Shown here piece after piece: positions 38,503-51,976 of a stretch of 64,000 nt of DNA (position 1 is the stretch's first letter; each line of letters opens with the position of its first letter). The translations under genes were made by a program, and so were the position numbers. Below the pieces are notes generated by a model. It was not told where the DNA came from. It saw nothing but the letters and a program-made list of their open reading frames with translations, and ran no database searches. Source of the stretch: Podarcis cretensis (Eukaryota); NCBI GenBank assembly GCA_951804945.1, contig OX638158.1:37324001-37388000 (forward strand), written 5' to 3'.

Positions 38503-38854
38503 CTTCAGTAGGAAGAAGAGAGAACAGACATATTAATTCACACTTGCAACATTAGATAGCTATTTACTTAGAATCACTTATATACTATCTTTCCACTATA
38601 ATATAGCCCTCAAGGTGCATAAAATTCAAACACTGCAACAAGATCATTTAAAAATACAATGGAACATATACAAATTCAATAGTTTAAATGGGGAGGAAAA
38701 TGTAAATTAGAACTGTTTTTTTTTTTAAAAGCCAATGGAAAAACAAGTGAAAAGCAAACGTATACTGTTGGTAGCAGTACAGAAACATGTCAGTCTTCTA
38801 AGAGGCAGCTATGAGTTCTTTTGGCAAAGCTTTACCTCTCATTTAAATTGGAGC

Positions 38855-39705
38855 CAGTTGAGGCATGTGTGAGTGTCTGGAGGCAGTTGGAGGATGGATG
38901 GCAGTTAACAGATTGAGCTTGAATCCTGACAAGACGGAAGTACTGTTTCTGGGGGACTCCCTAGTCCTGAATGGGGTAACTGTGCCCCTGAAGGACCAGG
39001 TACACAGCCTGGCGGTCATTTTGGACTTACAGCTGTCCACGGACCGCAGGTCAATTCTGTGTCCAGGGAACCTGTCTACCAACTGCATCTGGTACTCCAG
39101 CTGAGACCCTGCCTTCCTGCACAATGTCTCACCAGAGTGAGACATGGTCTGGTTATTTCCTATTTGGATTACTGCAATACACTGTACCTTTGAAGGTGAC
39201 TCAGAAACTACAATTAACCCAGAATGTGGTTGCTAGACTGGTGACTGGGAGCAGCCACCAGGACCACAACACCAGTCCTAAAACATCTACATTGGCTCCC
39301 AGTACGTTTTTGAGCACAATTCAAAGTGTTGGTATTGACCTTTAAAGTCCTAAATGGCTTCAGACCTGTATACGTGAAGAAGCATCTATGCCCCCATTGT
39401 TCAGCCTGTACTCTGAAGAAGCCCTTCTGGCAGCTCTCTCATTGTGGAAAGTGAAGTTACCAGGAACCAGGCAGAAGGCCTTCTCAGTAGCCCCACCCCG
39501 TGGAACACCCTCCCATCAGATGTCAAAGAGATAAATAATTCTATGACATTTCATAGACATCTGAAGGCATCCCTGCACCAGGAAGCTTTTAATATGCGAT
39601 GTTCTGTTGTGTTTTTGTATATTCTGTTGGAAGCCATCCACAGTGGCTGGGGCAACCCAGTCAGATGAGGTGGGGGTACAAAATCATCGTGATCATCATC
39701 ATCAT
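38855..39705 (+). mobile_element. Degraded L2-type LINE 3' fragment in NUDT4 intron 3
   Basis: WMAVNRLSLNPDKTEVLF peptide remnant; (ATC)n tail. Confidence 0.8.
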
Positions 39706-40213
39706 GAACTTTGATGTTAGAAACAGGGCTCCACTTTTTCTATCTGCACATATTTCATTAGGTACTGTGAATTACAGCATCTATCCAGGAGTTAAACTAA
39801 TATTCTCTGTTCACTGCTTGAAAACTAGAACTATACAAACACCCCAATCCTAATCACATTTCCTTTCAAATCTTTGTTGCATTCATTAGGTCAGTCACTT
39901 TGCAGACCAGCAAAAATGGGATCCTAGAGACAATTCTTATTCTACTATATTTTCACCCATTATGCAGGTACTGGATAGTGTCCCCATCACAATCAGCACA
40001 ATTTACTGAATCAGCTCCTTTTAATATCTTCCCTACTTATAAATATTTTGTACATGAATGTCAATATTATTTATATATGGTGTAGAAGGTATTCAAATTA
40101 TCAGTCCTTAATTAAAATACCTGTTTTCCAAGATTCTACCCCTTCCGTATTAGAAATGCAAACTACATTTCACAGCATGTACATCACAGAATATATATTT
40201 TTAAACAGCTCAC

Positions 40214-40258
40214 CTCAAATATTCCCAGCAATCTGCCTAGTTTTCCCTTTACTCCAGC
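40214..40258 (-). CDS. NUDT4: NUDT4 exon 3 (AGVKGKLGRLLGIFE)
   Basis: ttgcag/gtgagc boundaries, 45 nt. Confidence 0.97.
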
Positions 40259-41572
40259 CTGCAAGGAATAAAGATAATCAGATATGTTCCCCACAAGCAA
40301 TCGTTCTTACAGATTCATTACAATATTCGAAACCAATGTTTAATTTACTAGCATGTCCAATAATGGTTTCATGATCTATTAAATCTGTGCCCTAGCCAGA
40401 GTCTCTTTAGTTTTCCTGAAAGCTAAGAAGCAGGGAGCACATTTTTCTGATTACCAATTTTTTTCAGACACACAACTAAATTTGAGAAGCTTCTAACAGA
40501 GCATCTGCTTTTCTTTCTTTTACAGAGTTTACAGTTAGGAAGCATGTGAGTAATAAAGCAAAAAGTGTGTAGGAATTTAGCATACTTAAATAATGTAGCT
40601 AGTTCCATTCTGGCTCCCACTTTTTAAAAACTTTTATATTAATGATTTGGGGCTATATTTAGCCAATGCAAACTCCCCCACTCTGGTAATTAGGAACAGA
40701 AATATCTGCAACTTGATGAATGCAGATGATTTAGCGCTCCTCTCTTTCCGGATTGGGCCTCAAACATCTCTTAGAGGTGTTCAGCACATACTGTAAACTA
40801 TTTCCTAGCTGAGATTTAAAACTTCTAAGATTATCAATACATTCAAACAAAGAATATTTCATTCTGTGATAAGTGCTTCTTAAGTAGCACAGCCTGGAAA
40901 TTTCAGTTTATTTGATTCACTACCTGCCATAAGATTACAAGGAGGTTCACAGCAATTTAGAAATGCATTTTTAAGAACAGTTTAAAATAAATTACAGGCA
41001 GAAGAATAGGGTGAGTCCTATAAATATCTAACTCAAAGGCCAGAGTGAAGAGGGGCCTCTTCAAGCAAACAACAGGAACTATGTAAGGAAGGTGTCAGAC
41101 ACATATAATGAAGGTGTCCCTCCTCTGTGGGGAGGGAATTCCACAACTTAAGGGCTGCCTCTCCTGTACCAACACACAAATGTCTGATGGCTGTGGAATT
41201 ATTAAGATTAGAAGAAACTGTAGCCTGGAAAACAACTCTAACCATGCAATAAAGCAGAAGAGTCCTGTGTGGTCTCAAGTGTTTGGCAGACCCAGCTGAT
41301 AGGCATCTGGTGGAAAGTGTTTCATTTAAATTAGGAACGATTCAATTCTTTCAGTAAGCTATTATCTTTATAGCCAGCATCTCATGAACACGAGAACAGC
41401 CATGCGGATGGCTACTGTCATTTATAACAGGTCTGCCACATGCCTGTCCTAGGAGGGGAGTAGCCCTTGTCTATGTGGCTCTCAGTTAAGTTTGCTTAAA
41501 TGAGTCATCTGTTAAAATTCAGAGAATGCATATCCATACAGCATTTCAAGCTGAGAGTTTTAAATTCTTTAC

Positions 41573-41683
41573 CTCTTCATAGACTTCTCTGACAGCAGCA
41601 CCACCAGGTTCCTCTTCTGGTTCCATTCCTCCACCTGGAACAATCCACTGGTCTGGGTACCGGCTGCTACTTACTAAAAGAAC
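41573..41683 (-). CDS. NUDT4: NUDT4 exon 2 (VLLVSSSRYPDQWIVPGGGMEPEEEPGGAAVREVYEE), Nudix box
   Basis: tttgcag/gtaaag boundaries, 111 nt, GX5EX7REUXEE motif. Confidence 0.98.
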
Positions 41684-41908
41684 CTGCAAAGAAAAAGATT
41701 TTCTTATGATTGTGTGAATTAAAACTCAGTGAGACTTCATGAAACCAGACTGATATTTTGTGAAGTTAACAAAATGTTTAAGATGTCCACCAAATGGTAC
41801 TCAAGGCAGCCAACAATATCAAATATATGTTAACAGATCCAAGCTTGGGTGACAGGCTATAAAGTTCAAGAATTCTGCGCTCCTTCCCTTGCATCAAACT
41901 TTTATATA

Positions 41909-42569
41909 CCGTATTTTTCGCTCTATAGGACGCACTTTTGCCTCTTCAAAAATGAAGAGGAAATGTGTGCGTCCTATGCAGCGAAGACGCCATAGCCCCG
42001 CGACCCTCTCCCGGCTGGAGAGGTGACGCGCGGCTATGGCAGGAGCCTCTATGGCCGCGCGTCACCTCTCCAGCTGGGAGAGCACGCGCAGGGCTAAAGA
42101 AGCCATACCCCGTGACCCTCTCCCAGCTGGAGAGGTGATGCGCGACTATGGCAGGAGCCTCTAGAGCCACGCGCCACCTCTCCAGCTGGGAGAGCGCGTG
42201 AGGGGCTAAAGAAGCCATAGCCCCGCGACCCTCTCCCAGCTGGAGAGGTGACGCGCGACTATGGCAGCAGCCTCTCCGCTGCGCCTTTCCGCTGCTCCCT
42301 GACCTGCTCTTTGGGGCTGGTGGTGGGCTTCCCCCGCCAGCCCCAAAGAGCAGGTCGAAAGGAACCTGAAGCCTGAAGCTCTCCAGGCTTCCAAGGTAGC
42401 CGCCTGAACGGCACCTTGTTTTAGAGCGGGAAAACAAGAGGGGGGAAATTCTCCCCCTCTCTGCGCAGCGCCTCCTGCCGCTTCGCTGAAGGGGCGCTGG
42501 GCAGAGAATTTTTTTTCCTTGTTCTCCCCCCTCTAAAACAAGGTGCGTCCTATTGTGCGAAAAATATGG
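41909..42569. mobile_element. Tc1/mariner-type MITE with an internal tandem array
   Basis: TIR CCGTATTTTTCGC...TAGGACGCAC, TA TSD, about 112-bp repeated unit. Confidence 0.85.
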
Positions 42570-45500
42570 TACATATTAAAATCAGAGAATATGTCAAGTT
42601 TTGAGTATGCTTTCCTGGATGTTTTCATATTTGGTTCACAGTCAACTTACTGCAAGACTGTCAGTTTTAATAAAATATGACCCAATTAAGTTATCCAAAA
42701 AATAAAATAGCTGTCTATTCAAAGCATTTCAGACACGACTGCAAATGTTTTAATAAGTAGAAGGACAGTAACAATGGAAGCAGAACCCAATTCAGAACAG
42801 CAAGATAATGTTCTTGGAGAAACCCAGACCAAGATGACAACTTATTCAGGCCAATACAGACTGCATTAGATACCCAATTCCTCTGTGTCTACAGTGGAAG
42901 TCCAAAGCCCATTCTGGACATGAAAATCTGTGTATGCACCAGTGTGTTAATGCGCACACAGGTTGAAGAAACCTAATACTTTCCATGTGCACTTTTGTGC
43001 ACATTCTTGTGCTTTCAACTGAACTCAGTGGGTTACTTTTTATTAAGAAAAAGTGTGTCATGACCAGCCTCACTAGCAGCCCACAAAGGATTGCTTCCAT
43101 CCTAGCGCTGAGGGCAGTTTCAGCCACACATTCTACAGTAAAATGCAAGGGTTTAGATGCAGAGCCATTACCTTTCCTATTATATTAAACACAAGGAAGC
43201 TAGACTGTGATTCAACAAAGCAAATACAAATCTGTACAGGCTTCTTGAATTCTTACAATTCAAAGCAACTAATTGTTTAGATTCCATACTTTAGTCTTAT
43301 GAAGTTTACATTGGTTGGAAAGCCAAGCCAAGAAATAAATATGAGAGGCATTCTCCTGCACTTTCTAATGTAGCCGCCACAAGGAAGACGGAAAGCATAT
43401 TAAATTGGATTTAATTTTTATGGAATAGCTAAGGGCTCTTTCACACTTCCACTTGCCCTGTGTTTTCTAGGCATAGGTCTGGGTGGCTCTGCTTTGGCCT
43501 GCTGCTTTCACCCAGAAAACCCACCCTTTAGCACTAAAGTGGACAAAAGGCAATCTGCAGAAAACCCAATTGCTGTTTTCCTGGGGGAAAGCGGCAGAAC
43601 AAGTAGAAGTGTGGAAGAACCCAGTGACTCAAATGCATTTACCTGTTTTTAGCTGTGTGTGTTTTTAGGTATCTTGAATGTTTTGTGCTCTAGCTATGAA
43701 CTGAGGATACCAATTTCCTTTCAGTGAAGGAATTAAGTGTTTTCCATAGTCATGTGAGCAACCACCAACAATTATGAACACCATTATTCTTCTGTTTCAA
43801 AACACTCGGCTTAGTGAAATTGTTTCAATCAGCATTTACATTGATCACAGGCCTGAACAGAGATCCCAGTTACTAGTGCAGGGAGGAAGGAGTCATTGTT
43901 TGTCCTGTCTGAAGCTTAAATACATGGCTTTGTACCATTACATAAGATTCAGAGCCATGACATATCATAACATGACAGTGTTTTGAATTACGGACCCTAG
44001 CATTAGTGAAGAAAATGCATGTGTTTACAACTGAAGTATTTATATTAAATAAACTGAATGTAATCCAAAGAGTTTCAGAACACATGCCGGATTCATTAGA
44101 TACAGATCAAATTCTACAAGATAAATATACCATGCTATCATATACTCATTTAAAAAAAATAATACAAGATTCATAATGATGTTAGAACTGAATAATCCCC
44201 CTTACTTTCTTATATAGGATAAATAAACATGATTGATCCAGGATAATTTGGGAGTCTCTCAATAGTCTTGCTTTCCTACAAATCAATACAGTTGGGAAGA
44301 TTACCCTCCAGAAAAGTATGGTCCAATCACAACAAATTTCCACAAAGGCTATTCGCATTCACCATGACACTTATTTATAGTGCTGAGACCTATTATAGAC
44401 ATTTTCCAACTCATCGACGTGCCATCACTGGTTCTTAGAACAGTGCTGGAGACTCTCTGACTTGTGGCCCACCAGACCTCTGAATAAAGCATGAGAGGCC
44501 ATTTGCTCACCTGTCAGTCACCAGATGTCAGGTGTGGAGATCTGTTCTCTCTTATGTAATCTATGGGATAAGCCTGTGTTTGACAATAAAAGCCAGTATT
44601 TCCACCCACCTAGAAGGTATTTGCTTGCAATCCCAGCTTGAATTCAAGCCAGGGCTGTGAAAGAAAAATCTTCCTTTGGAGCTGCTGTTTGAACTTTGAT
44701 TCACCTGACATCTTATGACTCAAGGGGTTGACAGGTCAGTGCCCTGCCCACCTGTCAAATGCCTCAGAGAAGATGGGTCAAATCTGGACCCTCCATCCAG
44801 ATCTAATTCCTCACCCCAGTCTTAGATTTACAAGCAAGAAGGTATGCCCAGAGGAAATAAAGTAGGAATAGTGCTATGTGTACTGATGCATTGAACAGCG
44901 TTATTCCTGTCCACCTGCATTCTTTTGCCATACTCAACAGATACCAATCTATTGTATTCTACCTTGTGCATCAACAAACAACCTTGGCTGATGCGCCCAA
45001 TGCTTTTATCAAAACTCCAGATTTCTTTCAAGGCTTAATGAAAATGTCAAGAAACCTGTTTGCTATTGCTTGGGAGCAAACAGCAGCCACAGCACTGGGT
45101 TCTTCCAAACTGATAGTTCCTAGTGCTAATCAAACATGGCAATTCTGCATGCAGATTACATCAAAGAACACTTCTCAGGGTGGAAGCAGGATGTATGCAC
45201 ATAAAAAGTGGTGTGTTCCATTCACACTAGCAAGCATAACACAGCTAAGAGAAAGCACATTTCTGTTTGGGTGCTAAAGTGCTTTTTAGTTTATTTAGGC
45301 ATTTCAATCTCAAATTTGGCTATGAAAATCCCCCAAGACAACTCACAACAGAGCAAAAACATAAAATATATAATCTACTTCTTGCACAACTGTCAAGATT
45401 GTTTTAAAATGGGAGGCAACTCCCAGCAGCAGATCCCACAATATGTTCCTCCAAAGTTCTGGAGTGCTCAAACAATTCCTTGCTTCATTCTCTCTTGAGC

Positions 45501-47413
45501 AGCCAACTTGTCCAGCCAGGCAAATTCTAAGCAGCATCACCCATGCCTGATAATGTTCTGAAAGAGTCATTTCCTTGCTCAGTATTTAAATACTATCACA
45601 TGTTCTACTGCACATTTATTTATTTATACACACACACACACACATATGGTGTGTGAGAAAAAATGGCATTCTAGACTAAATTAAATATTAAGAACATACC
45701 AATAAAATGGTGCTGGCAGAATTATGAAGATGTGCAGGCAAGCCTTTTGACACACAAAGCTCACCTTTGCGTGAAAGAAGTTGGAGACACTGTTTTACCC
45801 TTTCTAAAGAACAGTGATTTGATGGCACAATGCATACTTCCCATAAAAATAAGTAAACAAAGTGTGACTACTCCAGGGCAAAAATCATGTCTTTAGTTTA
45901 TTGACATTTAGCAGGTCTGCACTGATCATGCTCACTTCTAACAAGAAAAAGTCCTAAAGTGAAGGAAGACGTTAAAGAAGGAAATTAGAAAAGAGACAGC
46001 TAATAGCGTTGGTAGCTTAAGGCTGTTCAGGTCTCTCTTATGAACAGTGCAGTCCCTCTTAACTTTGCTGGGCAGCTGACAGACCAACAAGAAGTTCTTT
46101 CTGCAGCTACTAAATGTTGCTGGAGAGGTTTCAGTAACTATAACAAGGATGCCAAAGCAACTGACTGACTGCAGGGTTACTCCCCCACAAAACACATTTT
46201 TTTCACTCGTTTCAGTGTGCAAGTCATTAGGTATTCACTTGAGCCAGAGTCCACCTGACTGGTCTTGAACCAAAGTGGACTGTGTGACTGACAGACTCAC
46301 CTTTGTAAGCTAAATGTTAAGAAACTATTTCGAGTTCCATGTATCCACCGTCAAAATGTTCCATTTTTTCAGTCAAGGCAAGGACAGTGCAGAAAGGTCA
46401 TTTACACTGCTTTTACCAATGTTGGCTATCATATGTTTGTAGACAGGAATGAAAAAGGCAACTTTTCAGCACCATTCTCCCTCTGGACAATAAAGAGTAC
46501 TATGTTGTAACTTGAAATATGAAGGAAGAACCTCAGAGGCTGCCAGCTTACCACATGGTTTTGTGCCATTTCAGCTGAGAGTTAAGTTGTGAGTACTCCT
46601 TTTTCTATATTAAGCATTTTTTTATTATATAGGAAATAGATTTTTAGCCATTACAACTTCTGTGCGAGGACTAACTTTCATCAAGAGAACTTACAGACCA
46701 GAAAAGCCCCACTTCAAAAAAAAAAGGGGAAAAAAAAGCTATTTGAATTGTATCAAGTGTACCGAGATGCCAACTCTCTCTTCATTACTGGAAGCAATTA
46801 AGACCCTGCAGAGGCTAATTGAAAGTCACAAACAGTCTCTACCAACTGACAGTATAACGGCATGCTAGTATATAAGCATAAACTGTTACACAGAAATGAA
46901 CATGTAACAGGCACTTGTAAAAGACAGGATTACTGCAAATCTTGTCCTTTGTTAACAGAACACTTAGTTTCATCTTACCGAAACACCTGCAATCTCTGTG
47001 CTTTCATGATGACTAGTAAAACTCCTTGCTTTGCAAACACCAAAACTGTACCCAAGAGTCTTACAAGAATTATGAACAGAAATTCCTTGCAGAATTTTCT
47101 GAAACACAATATCCTATTGAGAATGCAAAAAGAGGAATAAGCCAGGATTGTTTCAAGATAATACTAAGAGACATAAATTACCTACTGCTATTGCTGAAAC
47201 TCTGACAAATTAAGTTTTATCTCCACCACTGGAGGACCCCAGTACACACAAGAGGGCAACTAGTTCACACACAAAAATGGACAGTTTTTGTCCATATGTG
47301 TTTGTGGAATTTTGAGCAGTGGATCTCTCAAGCCACTCACCCAAAGCTGCTAAACATTAAGGACAAGTAGTTGCCACAGTACAGTTACTGTCTCATTCTT
47401 TGAATATATGTTA

Positions 47414-47776
47414 AAGGTAAAGGTAAAGGTACCCTTGCCCGTACGGGCCAGTCTTGACAGACTCTGGGGTTGTGCGCCCATCTCTCTTAAGAGGCCAGGG
47501 GCCAGCGCTGTCCGGAGACACTTCCGGGTCACGTGACCAGCGTGACATCGCTGCTCTGGCCAGAGCCAGAGCCGCACACGGAAACGCCGTTTACCTTCCC
47601 GCTGGTAAGCGGTCCCTATTTATCTACTTGCACCCGGAGGTGCTTTCGAACTGCTAGGTTGGCAGGCGCTGGGACCGAGCAGCGGGAGCGCACCCCGCCA
47701 CAGGGATTCGAACCGCCGACCTTTCGATCGGCAAGCCCTAGGCGCTGAGGCTTTAACCCACAGCGCCACCTGCGTC
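47414..47776 (-). mobile_element. Sauria SINE, second subfamily
   Basis: 13-bp TSD TGAATATATGTTA; (ACCTTT)n tail. Confidence 0.92.
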
Positions 47777-50077
47777 TAACCTGAATATATGTTACTTAAA
47801 CCTAAAATAACAATTAAAAGATGCTGAGTATCTCACTTTTTAGTATAGCTGGAGCTCCCTCTACAGCCCCAATACTGTGCAAGAAGCCTATTGGAAGCAT
47901 ATACTGGCAATATTTAGCAAAACAATTCAGGTGTGCCAACAGACTTAAAGCAGTACTTTTGCTTTAAATTTGCACTCATTCAATTACATTGTTAGTAGCC
48001 CAGAACAGCAATGTGAAGTTTCAAACAATACAATTACAGAAACTATTCGTACTAGCTTAGACTGCTCTACAGAAGTTTACACAAAAATAACTTTTTAGAC
48101 AAAATAGCTAAAAGTAGTAGTTGTGCCTAGGGCACAATATTTCTGGTTGAAATGCATTTTGTTTGGTTGGGTTTTTTGCCCTATGTTAGCAGTCCCCACC
48201 CACTTCAGCTTTAATCATGCTATATCTCAGTTGTACTTCCCATCTAGCATATACTTCCAGAAGCAAGATCCAACTGTACCAGGGAATTGTATAATTGCAT
48301 CACAGAATATGGAAAGCTTTTTCCTAACAGCTGATACAGCCAAGCCTACTTTTGGCAGAACTGCCTCTAGGTTGTGTGACAGAACCATTGTGTACTAGTG
48401 TTGGCAAAGGTAAATCTGTAGAGACTGTATTATGAAGTCAGGAATGCTTCACAGTTTCTCCCTACAACTACACTGCCTCTCAAGATGGCAAATGGCTCTT
48501 GGTACTTCTCGGGCATGTTTAATATTTTTTTCTGGTAAATGATATAATCAAAGGATAGAACAATAATATTCTGTACTTTCCAATAAAGGTCCACAGTATA
48601 ATACTTGGCTTTTAAAAAGCTGCTGCTTACATTTTATGTGAACAGCCCAATTTAAAATGATAAATGAGACCATAATCTCCCTTTCAAGAAACTGGAGAAA
48701 AAGCAGCTGAAAAGCTACACTAACCTGCAGCCCAATTCTTATTCAAACAGATCACCGAGCTAAATGGTAACTAACTCCAATTATGTATATACATAATTAT
48801 GTATATACATTAGTCTCATATTTTCAGTTCTCTCACATATCCTTATGGACAGCAACACAGAAAGGAAGCAGCACAGCCAGGTTATTTGAAAAATTATTTA
48901 AAGAGGCTCTAGAAGACTTAGTAATGGCTTGATATGTCCCCAAAATATAAAAAAATCTTGACTGCCTTTAACTTACCATCTGCTACATTAATGCACAGTC
49001 ACATTTGCTATCTTACTTTGAAGTGCAAGAAAAACAGCAAAATGTAATGCTGTTATAAAACTATATATGGCTAGAAGGTAGCAAAAGTAGATTTCAAGGG
49101 GGGTGAGCCTTGTTTTTCAGTGCAGACCTCTATCACAACTACAGTAGAAATCACTGTTCATGCATATGTATATCCATCTCAATATCCATATATTTGAAAC
49201 CAGAGGTAGTGTGGCATTTCAAAGCCTATTCAGTCTTACTAGATTCTATTATACTGTATGCAGAAATATACACATTTAGCCTGTTGCAAAAGTGAAACTG
49301 CATGTCTGATTTATACATGCTGTTTGCCTTACAAACAGGTTTGAAACACACATTCATCCAAGCACGCTGGGAGATATCCAATCAGTCACAATCAGAGTAG
49401 ACCCGTTGTAACTTAAATGCATTGATTTCAGTGGGGCTACTCTGAGCATGTCTAGTATTAAATATCACCCACATAGCAGCCAACTCGTAGGGGCCAAGGC
49501 CCCCCAATATTCGAGGGGGCCACCCAAAGTTGATGGGCATTGCCATTCAAATGGTGTACGTGCACCATCCCCTCTTTTATTCAAGTGGTCACCCCTAATG
49601 AGTCATTATAAACATGCTTCAAAACCACATCACTATGTCTGAGCTACCTGGGTAGCAACTGAACAGTAGACAACTACTCAGATATTAACTATTTACTCTG
49701 AACGCATCACAAAGAGACAGAGTAAAAAAAGAAAAGAAAAGTCATGTACAGGAGCTGGTTATGCAGATTGTTGTTGCATAAATAGGAACTAGTGCCGCCT
49801 ACCTGTCTGCTCTGCTCTGTGTGTGCGCGGGGGCGGAGGGGGGGTGTCTGTAAAAACTGACAGTCACAAAAGCAACTCGATCTCCCCGCTGTGGCAGAAG
49901 AGGTCATTGAACTCAAGCCATGCTGTTTTCGGAGGCAGCCAGATCTGTCCGGCTAGTGTCAAATGTATTAAAGATGCGCAATGCTCAAGGCACAGTGTGC
50001 AACCCTTTCATTTCTGTTAAGTAGCCACTGGCGGGCTAAAAGAACAGCCGGCTTTATTTCCTCCCTCACCCCCACCC

Positions 50078-50117
<40 letters not shown>
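50078..50117. repeat. (CT)n(CA)n compound microsatellite
   Basis: Direct observation. Confidence 0.95.
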
Positions 50118-50129
50118 AAAGCACACCAC

Positions 50130-51480
50130 GTTTTAAGACCGGCGGCAGTTTCAGCTCCACTCCCCCCACGTTCCAGCCACAACCAAGTCACCTAAATAAC
50201 CCGACCTTGGGTCGCCCCATCTCCCTTGCCTTACAGAAGCGGGCTCGGCCCCCTCCTCGGCCCCTCCGACTAGGCCTGCCTCGGAGGGGGGGGTGGTGGA
50301 AAGAAAAGTGGGTCTCTGCGCCCTGGCGACCACGCATCCCGCGCCAAAGCCCAGCCCCGGAGAAGGGACGGGGAAAGGGGGCAGGAACCCTCGAGGATCG
50401 CGAGAGGGCGGCAAGCCCGGCCTGCTCCGCCAAGCCCCGCACACAAAGGGGGTCCCAGTCAGCGGGAAGGAAGGGATGGCGGGGTGGGCAGCCAGGGAGG
50501 CGGAAACTGGGCGCGGCACCATCGCCGCCGCCGGGAGAGGGAGACGCGGCCCGACCCCAACCCCCCCCCAAACCGCCTTCACCTCGTCCTCCCGCTCGCT
50601 GCGGAAGCACAAGCACGCCGCCCGCTTCTTGAAGCCCTCCCGGTCGTAGGTCCGCGTCTGGTTGGGCTTGAACTTCATCATAGAGGCAGAAATAATAATG
50701 CTGCCGCCGCCGCCGCCTCTTCCTCCGGTCCCCGGCACTGCGCCTATTCCAGTCACGGCGACGGCTGAGGCCCCGGCGCTCTCCCGCTTCGCTCTCCGGC
50801 CCGCTCCGAGGGGCGGCGGCGGCGGGGCGAGAGTGAGTCCCGTCGTCAAGGGAGGGAGGGAGCGAGCGAGCGAGCGAGGGAGGAAGAGGAGGAGACGACG
50901 ACGCGCTTTTCCTCTCAGGGGCACCGAGCGCCGCGAGGAGCGGAGGCGCTGCCGGTGCCGCGGCCGCCCAGGAGGAGTCCACGCCGCGCCATGGAGACGC
51001 TCCGACTGCTGGCCCGCTGCCGCCTTCCCGCCGGCGCCTCTGTCCCGGAGCTGCTGGAAGAAGCGCTGCGCTATCTCTTCGCCGCCCCGCCCGCCCGCCT
51101 CAGTCAGCCGCCCTCATCCGGCCCCCTGAAGCGCCGCCACTCGCCGCTCCTGCGGCCGCTGTACCCACTATTTAACTGTAACGCGCATTCCTCCACCCGC
51201 CCGCAGCGGCCCGGCCTCCGCCGCTCACTACGCAGGCGCAGGGCCCGCCTCGGAGGAGGGCTTGGCGAGGAGAGGCGGGGCGAAGCGAGGAGGCTCCCTG
51301 GGCTGATCTTGCGGGGAAGGGGTGCCCTGAGGCGAGGCAGCCTCCTCGGCCCCGATCCCCTCAGCCTAACGGGAAAGGAGGAGGGCCTAGCTGGTCCTGG
51401 GGCGGCTGGCTGCCTTACTTCCCTCGCGCAGTAGCGCCCAGACTAGCAATTTGGAAGCGGGAAAAGCGCCTCCCTTTCTT
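50130..51480 (-). promoter_or_regulatory. NUDT4: NUDT4 CpG island, promoter and long GC-rich 5' UTR
   Basis: Very CpG-rich; TATA-like TTAAATA on the minus strand at 51175-51169; GC boxes upstream. Confidence 0.85.
50583..50681 (-). CDS. NUDT4: NUDT4 (DIPP2) exon 1, MMKFKPNQTRTYDREGFKKRAACLCFRSEREDE
   Basis: Recognisable DIPP2 N-terminus; gtgaag donor; 99 nt. Confidence 0.97.
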
Positions 51481-51976
51481 TTCAATGAGAGTCGCCCCCC
51501 CCCCAAACAACATGCCATATTTGTAGTGATGACTAGTTTAAACTCGCGCAAGCATTGACAAAAGAATTTCATAGTTTAGGAAGTGCGCACGGACAAGGCT
51601 CGATCCAGTTCACTCCAGATGGCAGCCGCCCTGGCTGTGTACAGGCAACTCTCAGTAGGGCTCTTCCTGTAGGTATAGGATTACAGAGAATGGTGCGCTT
51701 CTCCCATATCAGATCCTTCAGTTTCTCAATGAATGGAAACTCCGAGTAATATGAGTGGCACCTCGGTTTCCTTAGATCCACTTGGTACTCCGAGTGCCTC
51801 ATTGTGTCAGTTGGGCAAGGGGGAGAAAACAGGTACCCAGGCGCTGGGGAGTATCCCCCTGAATATAAGTGCTGCACCCCCAGCGTACTAGACTGGTTTC
51901 TGAGCTAGCGATGCAAAATGGTTGAAAATTTCAAGGCTGAACTGTAGTGTGAAATTCTGGACCATTGCAGTCAAGC

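Noticed and set aside
41989-42270. CRISPR-like repeat array
   Set aside because: Vertebrate context, no unique spacers, no cas genes; it is a tandem repeat inside a MITE.
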